Notes: generated from the sequence alone by a model not told the origin. Positions 25,064-37,842 are shown, counted from the stretch's first letter. The stretch is DNA of 64,000 nucleotides from Octopus vulgaris (GCA_951406725.2 OX597825.1:71734001-71798000), one strand, 5' to 3'. Program-made: numbers and translations.

Positions 25064-25211
25064 CATAGAATAATGCTCAATACAAGTAAAGTGCACAATA
25101 AATTCCATAGCGAATATATATTTCCAGAATTTTTTTTAGGCCTTTGGAAACTTACACTCTTGCTGTACAATTCTCTTTGTATTAAAGACCACTTTTTTGT
25201 AAGGAGGAAAC

Positions 25212-25693
25212 TTACACTCTTGCTGTATAATTCTCTTTGTATTTTGGATTAAAGACCACTTTCTTAGGGTTTACAATTTTTTTGTAAGGGGGTAACTGTG
25301 ACCCTGTCAACTTTGTAGTCTTCCCGTTATTAACAAGCTTACTTGACATCATACGTTTTCCAGTTTTCGAGGTGGCAACCTCATTCCTTTGTTTCTTTGG
25401 CGGCACGAACGGTAAAGGTTTCTCGCAAGACATTTCGATTTTCTCGGTTGTAATATTTTCAGGTTTACTTATCTCAGAGGTTACTTCTTGCTTTGGTTTA
25501 GCTTGCTCTTGAGCTTTCGGTTCCTCTTTAATAATCTTGAACAAACCATTAGCGGCCTCATCACTTGGTTGGTGGAAATAAACTTCTATATCTCGAACTA
25601 AGTTCATCTTTAGTAGAGTCCGTACACGTTTATCGACTGGTGATAACTTATACACAATTCCAATATATTTGCTAATAGCCTGGTGAGATAATT
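25212..25693 (-). CDS. exon of a divergent linker histone H1-like protein (winged-helix domain plus Lys/Pro-rich tail)
   Basis: After acceptor TTTTGTTTTTCATTAAG the frame reads LSHQAISKYIGIVYKLSPVDKRVRTLLKMNLVR...AANGLFKI, comparable to H1 SRQAILKYI...YKV...GASGSFKL, then a basic tail. Confidence 0.6.
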
Positions 25694-25845
25694 CTTAATG
25701 AAAAACAAAATGTATATTTATGTACTGTGGTTGAGTTCATCAGTGTGGACGGGTATATATCTATATAAGAAAGTGAGGTTAAAGAATAATGGAGATTAGA
25801 ATATATATATATTTGAAAGCATTTGAGTATAAGAATGTATATCAC

Positions 25846-25896
25846 CCCCTCTTGAGTTCCATTTCCACCGAATCTTTATAGTTGCAACACAGTCTT
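25846..25896 (-). CDS. candidate upstream exon of the H1-like gene
   Basis: Acceptor TATTTATTTTCAG, open frame DCVATIKIRWKWNSRG, phase-compatible but weak donor G|GTGATA. Confidence 0.3.
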
Positions 25897-26259
25897 CTGA
25901 AAATAAATACCATTAATACCATTAATAAATACTTGCTCTCGTTCGAAATGTGAGTTTACGCCAGTTTATATGTATCTAAGAAAGGGTTGGTTGAACCAGT
26001 AAATGAGCATTAAAAATTCTTTATCCCTCCAAATTCTAAGTTCAAGCTCTTCTGAAATCGACTCTAATTTCCATTTCTCTACAGTCAATAAATAATGTAC
26101 CATGTAAAGACAGTGAGCTGGTAGATTCGTTAGCACGCCGCGCAAAGTGTTTAGCGGCATTTCGTCCGCCATTACATAGGGAGTTCAAATTTCATCGAAG
26201 TCGATTTTGCCTTTCATCCTTTCCGGGGATTATTTCAAAGGGATTATTGTGACCTCGCT

Positions 26260-26548
26260 CAGCTATATGCTTCGGAAATCGAATAACTGGCCTTATGAGT
26301 CCTTAGGGTTCAGCGTGGTTATTTTCTTCAGCTATATGCTTTGGAAATCGAATAACTGGCCTTATGAGTCCTTAGGGTTCAGCGTGGTTATTTTCTTCAG
26401 CTATATGCTTTGGAAATCGAATAACTGGCCTTATGAGTCCTGAGGGTTCAGCGTAGTTATTTTCTTCAGCTATATGCTTTGGAAATCGAATAACTGGCCT
26501 TATGAGTCCTTAGGGTTCCCTCAGGGTTCAGCGAGGTTATTTTCTTCT
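26260..26548. repeat. 69-bp tandem repeat, about 4 copies
   Basis: CAGCTATATGCTT recurs at 26260, 26329, 26398 and 26467. Confidence 0.95.
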
Positions 26549-26804
26549 ACTAAATTGTGTCTTTGTGCAAGAAGGAAAAATTTTATTTGTATCAAATAAT
26601 AAATATAATCTAATTCTGGCCTAATTGAAATTTAAAAAGCAAAGCAGCACTTTTGCGCCGAAGTAAAGCTCATTTAAAAATATATTTCTCAAACATCCAT
26701 AATATCTCGTAAATGCTTTCAAAACAAATTTTTTATTCTCTACAGATAATAAATTATCATATGCATGGTGAACAGCGAAAACTAAAATAATAATTTCAAA
26801 TTTT

Positions 26805-26992
26805 AGCAGAAGGCCCGAAATTTTGAGGAAGTGGAGGGCTAGTACCCAACTGGTATTTATTTTATCGAACCCTGGCAATATGAAAGGCAAAGTCGACCGC
26901 GGTGGAATTTGAACTCAGAACGTAAAAAACGGACGAAATGCCGCTAAGCATTTTGCCCACTATGCTAATGATTCTGCCAGCTGGTCGCCTTA
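26805..26992 (-). mobile_element. SINE family A, alternative tail
   Basis: Head and core present; tail CCCTCCACTTCCTCAAAATTTCGGGCCTT. Confidence 0.75.
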
Positions 26993-27010
26993 GCGAGAAC
27001 CAAAATATTG

Positions 27011-27270
27011 ACTTGCATAGTTATTTGTGATACGTTCGGGCAGATTCGAATGCGAATATGCTAATCGCTATCGTGTTTCGTTCACAAGAGAACAACTCCT
27101 TTACGACGAATGTGTGTTCATATCACACACGACTCATTAGCAGAAGGGGTCTAGGAATCCCTTGTGAATTGTGGTAAATGAAAATGTTCTCCTGTGCCGA
27201 ATAACAACAACGATTAGCGTAGGCACGTTCGAATTTGCCGGAATGTTTAAAGAATAAATATATGCAAGTT
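27011..27270. mobile_element. old MITE-like inverted repeat
   Basis: Arms ACTTGCATA..GGCAGATTCGAA..GCTAATCG..CACAAGAGAACA with a diverged reverse complement. Confidence 0.55.
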
Positions 27271-27470
27271 TAATGTTGTTTAATGCTGTTAACTTTGTAT
27301 CTTGAGTTAGTGGTGGCTGCAGTGACCGTGTGGCAGTCTGATGAAATTAATTAAAGGTGACAGTCTGTAGAGTGGATTTGTGCTGTACAATCGCCAAGGT
27401 AAATATATTTAACTGCCAAACGATCAATTCCGTACAGAAAAGGAATCAGTTATAGTTTATAAGCAAAACA

Positions 27471-27855
27471 GGAGGCGCAATGGCCCAGTGGTTAGGGCAG
27501 CGGACTCGCGGTCATAGGATCGCGGTTTCGATTCCCAGACCGGGCGTTGTGAGTGTTTATTGAGCGAAAACACCTAAAAGCTCCACGAGGCTCCGGCAGG
27601 GGATGGTGGTGATCTCTGCCGTACTCTTTCACCACAACTTTCTCTCACTCTTACTTCCTGTTTCTGTTGTACCTGTATTTCAAGGGGCCGGCCTTGTCAC
27701 TCTCTGTGTCACGCTGAATATCCCCGAGAACTACGTTAAGGGTGCACGTGTCTGTGGAGTGCTCAGCCACTTACACGTTAATTTCACGAGCAGGCTGTTC
27801 CGTTGATTCGGATCAACCGGAACCCTCATCGTCGTAACCGACGGAGTGCTTCCAT
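27471..27855 (+). mobile_element. SINE family B, tail type 2, young full-length copy
   Basis: Intact A/B boxes; TSD ATAAG(C/T)AAAACA. Confidence 0.9.
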
Positions 27856-28299
27856 CATAAGTAAAACATAAGCTTGAAGAGCTGAGTTCAATGTCCTGAC
27901 ACGGTTGTTATAGATTTGAAAGGGTATAGTTCCACCAGAGCTAATTAACAGAGATTTAATGAATGAAGACAAGACATTCTTTTCTACTCTACACAAGGTC
28001 TGAAATTTTTGGGGAGGGGCCAGTCGATTAGATCGACTCCAGTACGCAACTGGTACTTAATTTATCGACCTCGAAAGGACGAAAGGCAAAGTCGACCTCA
28101 GAGGTATTTGAAAATGAAGACAAAGTATTAAATGCTGCTTAATCGATCCAATGGATATTTTAAAAATTTACCATCACCGATATATTCCATATATTGTATT
28201 GCTTTCTTACTCACACAATACAAGTATCCTGCCTAGATGTGCATCTAAAAGCAATAAAATCCAGAATTTCCCTCAAAACATCCTCTTGGATACATTATA

Positions 28300-28685
28300 G
28301 GCGCAGGAGTGGCTGTGTGGTAAGTAACTTGCTAACCAACCACATGGTTCCGGGTTCAGTCCCACTGCGTGGCATCTGGGCAAGTGTCTTCTGCTATAGC
28401 CCCGGGCCGACCAATGCCTTGTGAGTGGATTTGGTAGACGGAAACTGAAAGAAGCCCGTCGTATATATGTATATATATATGTGTGCGTGCGTGTGTGTCA
28501 GTATTTTCCCCCCTAGCATTGCTTGACAACCGATGCTGGTGTGTTTATGTCCCCGTTACTTAGCGGTTCGGCAAAAGAGACCGGTAGAATAAGTACTGGG
28601 CTTACAAAAGAATAAGTCTCGGGATCGAGTTGCTCCAGCATGGCCGCAGTCAAATGACTGAAACAAGTAAAAGAGTAAAAGAGTA
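28300..28685 (+). mobile_element. SINE family D with internal microsatellite
   Basis: Head GGCGCAGGAGTGGCTGTGTGGTAAG, GGTTCAGTCCC B-box, internal (TA)/(TG), (GAGTAAAA) tail. Confidence 0.9.
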
Positions 28686-29024
28686 TACGAAAATGACCGC
28701 CTTTCACTGAAAGAAAAACGCAATTTTAATTTATGAAACCACCAATCAATAATTGACTAAATTTCTCATATCGCCACAAACAGCAGATAACTTTTACTTT
28801 TTTCCTCGTTCAGAAGCGACTCGACGAAATTTTTCTTTTATTATGTAGAATAACCTGTCAATAGACATTTTCTAGCAATTAAAAAGGTTGGATTGATTTA
28901 TTGTAAGACAATTACTTTTCGACCATTTGTCAGCTGTGTTCTTGCTGATAGATAATTCAAAACATAAATAACAACTCCGTATACTGTGAGTTCGAGCTTA
29001 TGGCGGAGGATAAGCGGTATGCAC

Positions 29025-29415
29025 TCTCTCTTTTACTCTTTTACTTGTTTCAGTCATTTGACTGCGGCCATGCTGAAGCATCGCCTTTATAGTCGAGCAA
29101 ATCGACCCCACAGCTTATTCTTTGTAAGCCTAGTACTTATTCTATCGGTCTCTTTTGCCGAACCGCTAAGTTACGGGGGATGTAAACACACCAGCATCGG
29201 TTGCCAATCGATGCTGGGGGGGGGGGTCAAACACACACACAAACACACACACATATATAAATACATATACGACGGGCTTCCAGTTTCCGTTTACTAAATC
29301 CTCTCACAAGGCATTGGTCGACCCGAGGCTATAGTAGAAGACACTTGCCCAAGGTGCCACGCAGGACCATGTGGTTGGTAAGCAAGCTACTTACCACACA
29401 GCCACTCCTGCGCCT
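29025..29415 (-). mobile_element. SINE family D
   Basis: Reverse complement of the 28300-28685 family. Confidence 0.9.
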
Positions 29416-29654
29416 ATATATAAAAGCACGATTTACGATCTATGTGTGTACTTATATGCACCAAGCGCCTATATAAGAGGATCTCCCAAGGCTAATAACG
29501 TAGTATTCGGTGTTTAACAGAACACCCATGTTAAGTTTGATTTAAAGATTGTCTTTCGGTATTAAAACTGCTTCCATCGCTAATAATTCATTTTTAATAA
29601 GCCTGCTGGCTATTTGCTTGTAGGCTTTTTTGCTGGTATTCTATACATTGTAAA

Positions 29655-29890
29655 CGCGGCGAGCTGGCAGAAACGTTAGCACACCGGGCGAAATGCGTAG
29701 CCGTATTTCGTCTGCCGTTACGTTCTGAGTTTAAATTCTGCCGAGGTCGACTTTGCCTTTCATCCTTTCGGGGTCGATAAATTAAGTACCAGTTACACAC
29801 TGGGGTCGATCTAATCGACTTAATCCGTTTGTCTGTCCTTGTTTGTCCTCTCTGTGTTTAGCCCCTTGTGGGTAGTAAAGAAATAGGTAT
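29655..29890 (+). mobile_element. SINE family A monomer with TSD
   Basis: Flanked by GGTATTCTATA(C/T)ATTGTAA. Confidence 0.9.
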
Positions 29891-30156
29891 TCTATATATT
29901 GTAACAGCGAGATTTGAATGGTATGTGGTGCCCTGATGGTTCCCGTTGATGATTTCCTGTAGAATGAAGTAACGTGACATGGGAATTCCGGGGCCCATGA
30001 CAGAAGCTTCTCGTCCGCTTTGATCTACGAATTTGCTTTTTATTCACCAAATGCCTATATGAGAGGAGCGATCTCTCGAGATTAATAATGTAATATTCGG
30101 GTTTTCAAACAAGGCATCTATGTCAAGTTGACTTTTGAAATTAAAACTGCGTCGGT

Positions 30157-30209
<53 letters not shown>

Positions 30210-30212
30210 TAA

Positions 30213-30446
30213 GGCGGTGAGCTGGCAGAAACGTTAGCACGCCGGGCGAAATGCTTAGCGGTATTTCGTTTGTCGTTACGTTCTGAGTTCAAATTCCGCC
30301 GAGGTCAACTTTGCCTTTTATCCTTTCGGGGTCGATAAATTAAGTACCAGTTACGCACTGTGGTCGATGTAATCGACTTGATCCGTTTGTCTGTCCTTGT
30401 TTGTCCCCTCTATGTTTAGCCCCTTGTGGGTAATAAAGAAATAGGT
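30213..30446 (+). mobile_element. SINE family A monomer in (TAC)n
   Basis: Full head and body; GGTTACTACTAC on both sides. Confidence 0.9.
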
Positions 30447-30692
30447 TACTACTACTACTACTACTAATAATAATTATAATAATATATATATATATATATG
30501 AATAAAAAATGGAGTTAACGCAGGTTTAAACAAGTATTTTTACTTTCTACACATGTTTCGAAAATTCCACTGATACTATTCAAAAGAATAAATGGTATAA
30601 ACAATGCAATCTTCTCTTGTGAGATTTTTACTGCCCTGGTAACTATTTATTTATTTTTCCGTGTTAATTGTTAACAAGGTAAAAATACACTC

Positions 30693-30742
<50 letters not shown>

Positions 30743-31194
30743 GTACACGCATGTCAACATTTATTTAAAAGCTTATGCATTTCATCTATTCAATTATGGC
30801 GTATAGAACACGTGATATTTTCATGTATTCACGTGCCAAAGCACACCACATGTGTATCTTTTATGTAAAGGTAAACTGTAACATTAATGTCAATAACTGG
30901 AAAACTTTCTCTCGTGACAGAAACAGCGTAATAGTTTCGTCATTCATCATCAAAGCGCAGACAATTTTGAACGCTCCCGTTCAGAACAATGTGAAGTTTG
31001 GGTTGAGAGATGACAACAAGGAACCCAGCTATGAAAAGCTGCTAAATCTTTCTGTAATCACTCACTGTCAGAAGATCTAAGTAGCTGGGATTAGATTGAT
31101 TGTCATCCACAATTTCGAGAGACAGGTGAGTTGTATATATGGCCACAGCTCGAGAGCTGAAACTAGATAAAATATAAATATAATAAATAAATAA

Positions 31195-31247
<53 letters not shown>

Positions 31248-31265
31248 AACACATATATACATACA

Positions 31266-31324
<59 letters not shown>

Positions 31325-31794
31325 CATAAAAGTAAATAAATGGCACAACGAAGTACCGATATTTACTGGAAAATAGCGAACGTAATAAATACGACGCTAA
31401 TGTATAGCTTCACTGCGTATGTACTAGCAAAAATGCGTGTGTGCAACAAACATGAAAAAAATTGTCTTACGTCTAGGGAGAACATCTGAAAAATGAAATA
31501 CCTAGAAATGGATAATGCGGTACCGGTTTCAGATTTTTCAAAATATGTCTGCCCACATATATTTGATTTATCCTCATCAGCCACATATACCTCGACAATA
31601 TTTCAAATGTTGCCACATCTATGCCAGTACACTCGACTGAACGCCAAAACGTTGACAGAACGAAAACAGTGAAGAAGTTTCAATGAAAATAGTAATGCAA
31701 TACGAGAGTATTGCTTTCCGTGAGGGTAAAATTATACATAAAAGTAAATAAATAGCACAACGAAGTTGCCTTTTGAGATTAAAACTGCGTCGGT

Positions 31795-31853
<59 letters not shown>

Positions 31854-31856
31854 TAA

Positions 31857-32365
31857 GGCGGTGAGCTGGCAGAAACGTTAGCACGCCGGGCGAAATGCTT
31901 AGCGGTATTTCGTCTGTCGTTACGTTGTGAGTTCAAATTCCGCCGAGGTCGACTTTACCTTTCATCCTTTCGGAGTCGATAAATTAAGTACCATTTGCGT
32001 ACTGGAGTCAATCTAATCGAGTGCTCTCCACCCCAAAAGATTTCGGGCCTTGTACCAAGAGCAGAAAAGAATATTGAATAACAGAATCGTTAGTACGCCA
32101 GGTAAAAAGCTTAGTGGTTTTTCGTCTGTCACAACGTTCTGAGTTCAAATTCAGCCAATGTTGACTACCTTTCATCCCTTCGAGATCGATAAAATAAGTA
32201 CCAGTTGGGTACTGGAGTCAATGTTATTGACTTAACAGCCCAAAACCAATTTTGAATAAGATGAACACTTGTATTTTTTTCTTATTCTACTCTATGTAAA
32301 TCCTCACACCTAGAATCTCTTTTTGGATTGTCCCCGTCGTCCGACGCCCAGGGGGTAAATAAATG

Positions 32366-32399
<34 letters not shown>

Positions 32400-32900
32400 A
32401 GTTAACAAGACGGTGAACTCGAAGAATCATTAGCAGTATTTCGTTAGCCGGTACGTTCTGAGTTCAAATTCCACCGCGGTCGACTTTGCCTTTCATCCTT
32501 ACGGAGTCGATTAAATAAGTACCAGTTACGCAGTGGGGTCGATGTAATCGACTTAATCCGTTTATCTGCCCTTGTTTGTCCTCTCTGTATTTAGCCCCTT
32601 GTGGGTAGTAAAGAAATAGGTATTTCATCTACCGCTACGTTCTGAGTTCAAATTCCGCCGAGGTCGACTTGGCTTTTCATCCTTTCGGGGTCGATAAATT
32701 AAGTACCAATGAAAAATCGACTAGTCCCCTTGCCCAAAATTTCAGGCCTTGTGCCTTTAGTAGAAAGGATTATTATTATTATTGGGCGACAAGCTGTCAG
32801 AATCGTTTGCGCGCAGAACGAAAATGCTTAGCGGCATTTCATCCGTTTTTTACGCTATGAGTTCAAATTCTGCGGAGGTCGACTTTCATCCTTCCGTGGT
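31857..32900 (+). mobile_element. cluster of SINE family A copies
   Basis: At least five GAGTTCAAATTC..GACT..TTTCATCC blocks separated by (ATC)n and (TTA)n. Confidence 0.8.
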
Positions 32901-32989
32901 CGATAATATAAGTACAAATTGAGTAATGGGTCGAGATAGACTTAGCCTTCCCCTATAATAGAAAGTATTATTATTATTATTATTATTAC

Positions 32990-33035
<46 letters not shown>

Positions 33036-33304
33036 GTTGTTGTCGTCTTCGTCGTCGTCATCGTTGTTGTTGTTGTTATTCATATCACAATTCTATACCA
33101 CATACTGTCACATCATTCTTTACATAATCTCAATCACTGCCACCCGCCCACTTTTCTTTTTTATCCCAGCCCAACCACTTTACTAAACGGGGTGAACGGG
33201 TGTCGCCTCTTCCGCCCGCTTTAATCTAATCTTTTGATATTATACCGCCCACCCGACACTCTTCCGAATCTCGCTTTCATTTTGATTTTGTTTTTTACAA
33301 TTGC

Positions 33305-33305
33305 T

Positions 33306-33389
<84 letters not shown>

Positions 33390-33474
33390 TTCTATTCATC
33401 TATCTGTCTATTTATCTCTCTCTCCATCTGTCTGTCTGTCCGTCTGCCTGTGTCACTCTCTCTCTCTCTGTTTC

Positions 33475-33549
<75 letters not shown>

Positions 33550-33592
33550 GTCTCCCTTTCTATCTCTCTACCTGTCTATCATTTTCCTCTTT

Positions 33593-33638
<46 letters not shown>

Positions 33639-33705
33639 TTTCTTTCTTTCTTTCTTTCTTTCTTTTCTATTCATCTTTCTGTTTATCTCTCTCTCCATTT
33701 GTCTA

Positions 33706-33748
<43 letters not shown>

Positions 33749-33755
33749 GCTGCTG

Positions 33756-33793
<38 letters not shown>

Positions 33794-33850
33794 AATCTCT
33801 CTCCCTTTCTATCTCTCTACCTGTCTATCATTTTCCTCTTTTTATCTTCC
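33305..33850. repeat. compound (CTTT)n/(CTAT)n/(CTGT)n microsatellite, internally duplicated
   Basis: Unique spacer CTCCCTTTCTATCTCTCTACCTGTCTATCATTTTCCTCTTTT occurs twice. Confidence 0.9.
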
Positions 33851-34188
33851 TTCTTCTCTTTCTGCCGTTCATTCGATTTCTCTTCCTTTCACTCTCACCT
33901 CCCAGTTGGACTTTAGCTAACCGTTCTTTTCCTCACCCACCCCCGTATATGATGTTATTGTCAAGATCTTACTCGTTTTGGGACAAACAGTTATTATTGT
34001 TGTGCTACATCTACTCTTCTTCCAGACAACTCCCTCCTCATACAAGGAAAGAAACTGTTTTAAATACAATTAACGGTCTTAATCGGAATTAAACGAATCT
34101 TTCGACGCTCAAAATCCTTAATGCTTTAGATTTGTGAGAAGACAACAATAATAAAAGCAAGCCAGAGCTTTTATTATTTGTGCAGTTT

Positions 34189-35911
34189 TATGTATGTATG
34201 TATGTATGTATGTATGTATGTATGTATGTATGTATGTATGTATGTATGTATGTGTGTGTATGTATGTGTGCGTATGTATGTATGTATGTATGTATGCAAG
34301 CATGCATTATTATGTATGTATGTACGTATGTATGTATGTATGCATGTATGCATGTATGCATGCATATATGTATGTATGTATGTATGTATGTATTTATGTA
34401 TGTATTATGTATGTGTGTATGTGTGTATGTATGTATGCATGTATGTATGTATGTATGTATGTATGCATGCATATACGTATGTATGTATGCATGCATGCAT
34501 GTATGTATATATGCATGTCTGTATGTATGCATACATGCGTATATGCATGAATATATGTATGTATGTATGCATGCATGCATGTATGTATGTATGTATGTAT
34601 GTATGCAAGCATGCATTATGTATGCATGCATGCATGCGTGTATGCATGAATGTATGTATGTATGCAAGCATGCATGTATGTATGCATGTATGCATGCATG
34701 CATACATGCATGCATGTATGTATGTATGCATGTATGGAGGCAGGCATACATATATGTATATATGCATGTATGTATGCATGCATGTATATATGTATACATG
34801 CATGTATGTATGTATGTATGCATATATATATGTATGTGTGTATGTATGTCATTATTCAGTTCATTTCAAGATTTCTTGCCAATTTCTTGCCATACTGTCG
34901 ATGACATCAGGTAGCCGAAGACAGTGCAACGTGCTTTAAACGGCATACTACTACTAGGTGTAAACCCAAAATTATAATTATTACACACACCCAGACACAT
35001 GCGTGCGTGTGTGCGCTTGTATATGTAAATGTATGTATTCATAATGAGTTTTATCTTCATTTGTTTGTGCCTAAACAAACAAAATCTGGTGATTTTCCTT
35101 GTCATTTAACATGTCACTTTTATCTGTGAAGTGGCGTAGTAGCACAGTTGTGATTGTCTGTCAGTCAAATCTTGTTGTTGTTGTTGTTGCTGTTGTTGAT
35201 ATTGTTCACACTGTTACTCTTGTCCACGTCGTTGTTGTTACTCTTTTCCCCTCTATTTCTTTTCTTTTTTTCTCTCGATAAAATAACTTCTAGCCAAGTA
35301 CTGTGATGTCGAATCGAACCTCTCTCTACCCAGCTCCACCTGAGAAAATCGATGGCGAGACGTACCAAAGGTAGAAATCCCCCCCACCCTTCACCCGTCT
35401 CCTTCCAATTCCCTTTCTTCTTCCTCCCCCTCCTTCTCCCTACCACTGTAACCCCCTCCCCACCCGCTTCTTCTCATTAACAGGTATTTGTACTATACAA
35501 TCATGTATGTTGAAGCATGTTGCATGTTTTCTAATTGCCTTTTGTACTTAGACCATCTTGATATATAAAAGTACACCATCGTATGTATGTATGTATGTAT
35601 GTATGTATGTATGTATGTATGTATGTATGTATGTATGTATGTATGTATGTATGTATGTATGTATGCATGTATGTATGTATGTATGCATGTGTGTATGTAT
35701 GTATGTATGTATGTATGTATGTATGTATGTGTGTATGTATGTATGTATGTATGTATGTATGTATGTATGTATGTATGTATGTATGTATGTATGTATGTAT
35801 GTATGTATGTATGTTTGTATGTATGTGTGTATGTATGCATGTATGTATGTATGTGTGTATGTATGTATGCATGTATGTATTTATGTATGTATGTACGTAT
35901 GTATGTATATA

Positions 35912-35942
<31 letters not shown>

Positions 35943-36628
35943 ATGTATGTGTGTATGTATGTATGCATGTATGTATGTATGCATGTATGTATGTATGTAT
36001 GTATGTATGTATGTATGTATGTATGTATGTATGTATGTATGTATGTATGTATGTGTGTATGTATGTATGTATGTATGTATGTATGTATGTATGTATGTAT
36101 GTATGTATGTATGTATGTATGCATGTGTGTATGTATGTGTATGTATGTTCATGTATGTGTATGTACGTACGTTATCATGCAGTTTTATTTCAAGATTTCT
36201 TGACAATAAAGAGCTGGTCTCTAACCTAGATTCTTCATTGGAATTTCAACAACACGTACAGGGTATTTGTGCATGTTTGTGCGTGTATGTGCAATATATG
36301 GAGTCAAAGTATGTGCAGATTTGTATGTTTTACTTTATATATGTATTTTCATGCATGTAGTTTCATATCTAGACATGTAGAATGATGTATGTGTGCATGT
36401 ATGTATGTTTGTACGTACGTACGTTAGTATGAAAGTATATATATATATATATGCTGCATGCTTGTATGTACGAACGCACATAGGTACCTGTGTATCTATG
36501 TACGTACGCGTGTATATATGTATGTATGTATGTGTGTATGTATGTATATATGTATGTATGTATGTATGTATGTGTGTGTGTATGTATGTATGCATGTGTG
36601 TGTATATATGTATGTATGTATGTATGTA

Positions 36629-36703
<75 letters not shown>

Positions 36704-37097
36704 GTATGTATGTATATATGTACGCACGTTTGTATGTATATATGTACGCACGTTTGTATCTATATATGTATGCATGTATGTTTGTGAGTATGTATGCCTG
36801 CATATACTCTATGTGCTCACCTATGCATGTATATATGTATACATATATACATAGATATCTATGTATATATGTATATCCGTGCGTAACCAAGTTTGGACGT
36901 ATCAAGTGTTTGGCCGTATATATGTATGTATGCATCTGTGTACGTATGTAATCATAAATGTATGTGCCTGTATGTAAATATGTATATATCTATGCAAATA
37001 CATATTTACACGCAATACATACATACATACATACATACATACATACATGCATGCATACATACATGCATGCATACATACATGTATGCATACATACATA
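34189..37097. repeat. (TATG)n/(TGCA)n/(CATA)n microsatellite fields
   Basis: Arrays at ~34189-34848, 35581-36170 and 36385-37097. Confidence 0.9.
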
Positions 37098-37444
37098 CCG
37101 TTCTTTTTTCTCCATCTCTATTCTATCTTTCAGTAGCAGAATTTATACCCGAAATGTTAAAGACACTTCCTCTTCTTTTTTCCTTTATTTCCGGAGCATC
37201 ACACCACACACCACACCACACCACACCACACCAAATACCACCACTCCACACACTAGCACTGACTACTTCCCTGCATCTACACCATCATCCACACACCTAC
37301 AAATGCACACACGCACACTTCAATGTCACCAGCCCCCTTCCACGCGCACATACACATACACGCGCACCTTCGTTTTGGGATCACCACTACTTTATTATCT
37401 CCCTTTCTTCTTAGCTCTCCCGCGTGAACTATCTGTCCGGCAAT

Positions 37445-37630
37445 CGCCATGATAGATCGTTAGCCACTATACCTTTTCCTAATTTCTCTCCCTATTTATT
37501 TCTGCGTTCCTTTCTGTCGAAGAGCGTAGGCTCGAAACGTAAAAGACTTTCTCAGTTCCCGAGCGTTAAACTAATACATCTGTTTGTTGTTTACACACGC
37601 GTCTTCATCTTTTGTTTTTGTAAATTCTCA
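37445..37630 (+). mobile_element. Penelope-like short repeat with minimal hammerhead-like motif
   Basis: 37510-37545 CTTT-CTGTCGA-A-GAGCGTAGGCTC-GAAACGTA-AAAG. Confidence 0.6.
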
Positions 37631-37663
37631 CTCTATCAATCAATCTATCTATCTATCTGTCTG

Positions 37664-37734
<71 letters not shown>

Positions 37735-37760
37735 GTCTGTCTGTCTGTCTGTCTGTCTGG

Positions 37761-37842
<82 letters not shown>

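Noticed and set aside
30530-30625. GAAACATGTGTA hammerhead-like half on the minus strand; similar fragments at ~13525-13650 and ~58745-58795
   Set aside because: Core or stems missing; cannot be folded convincingly
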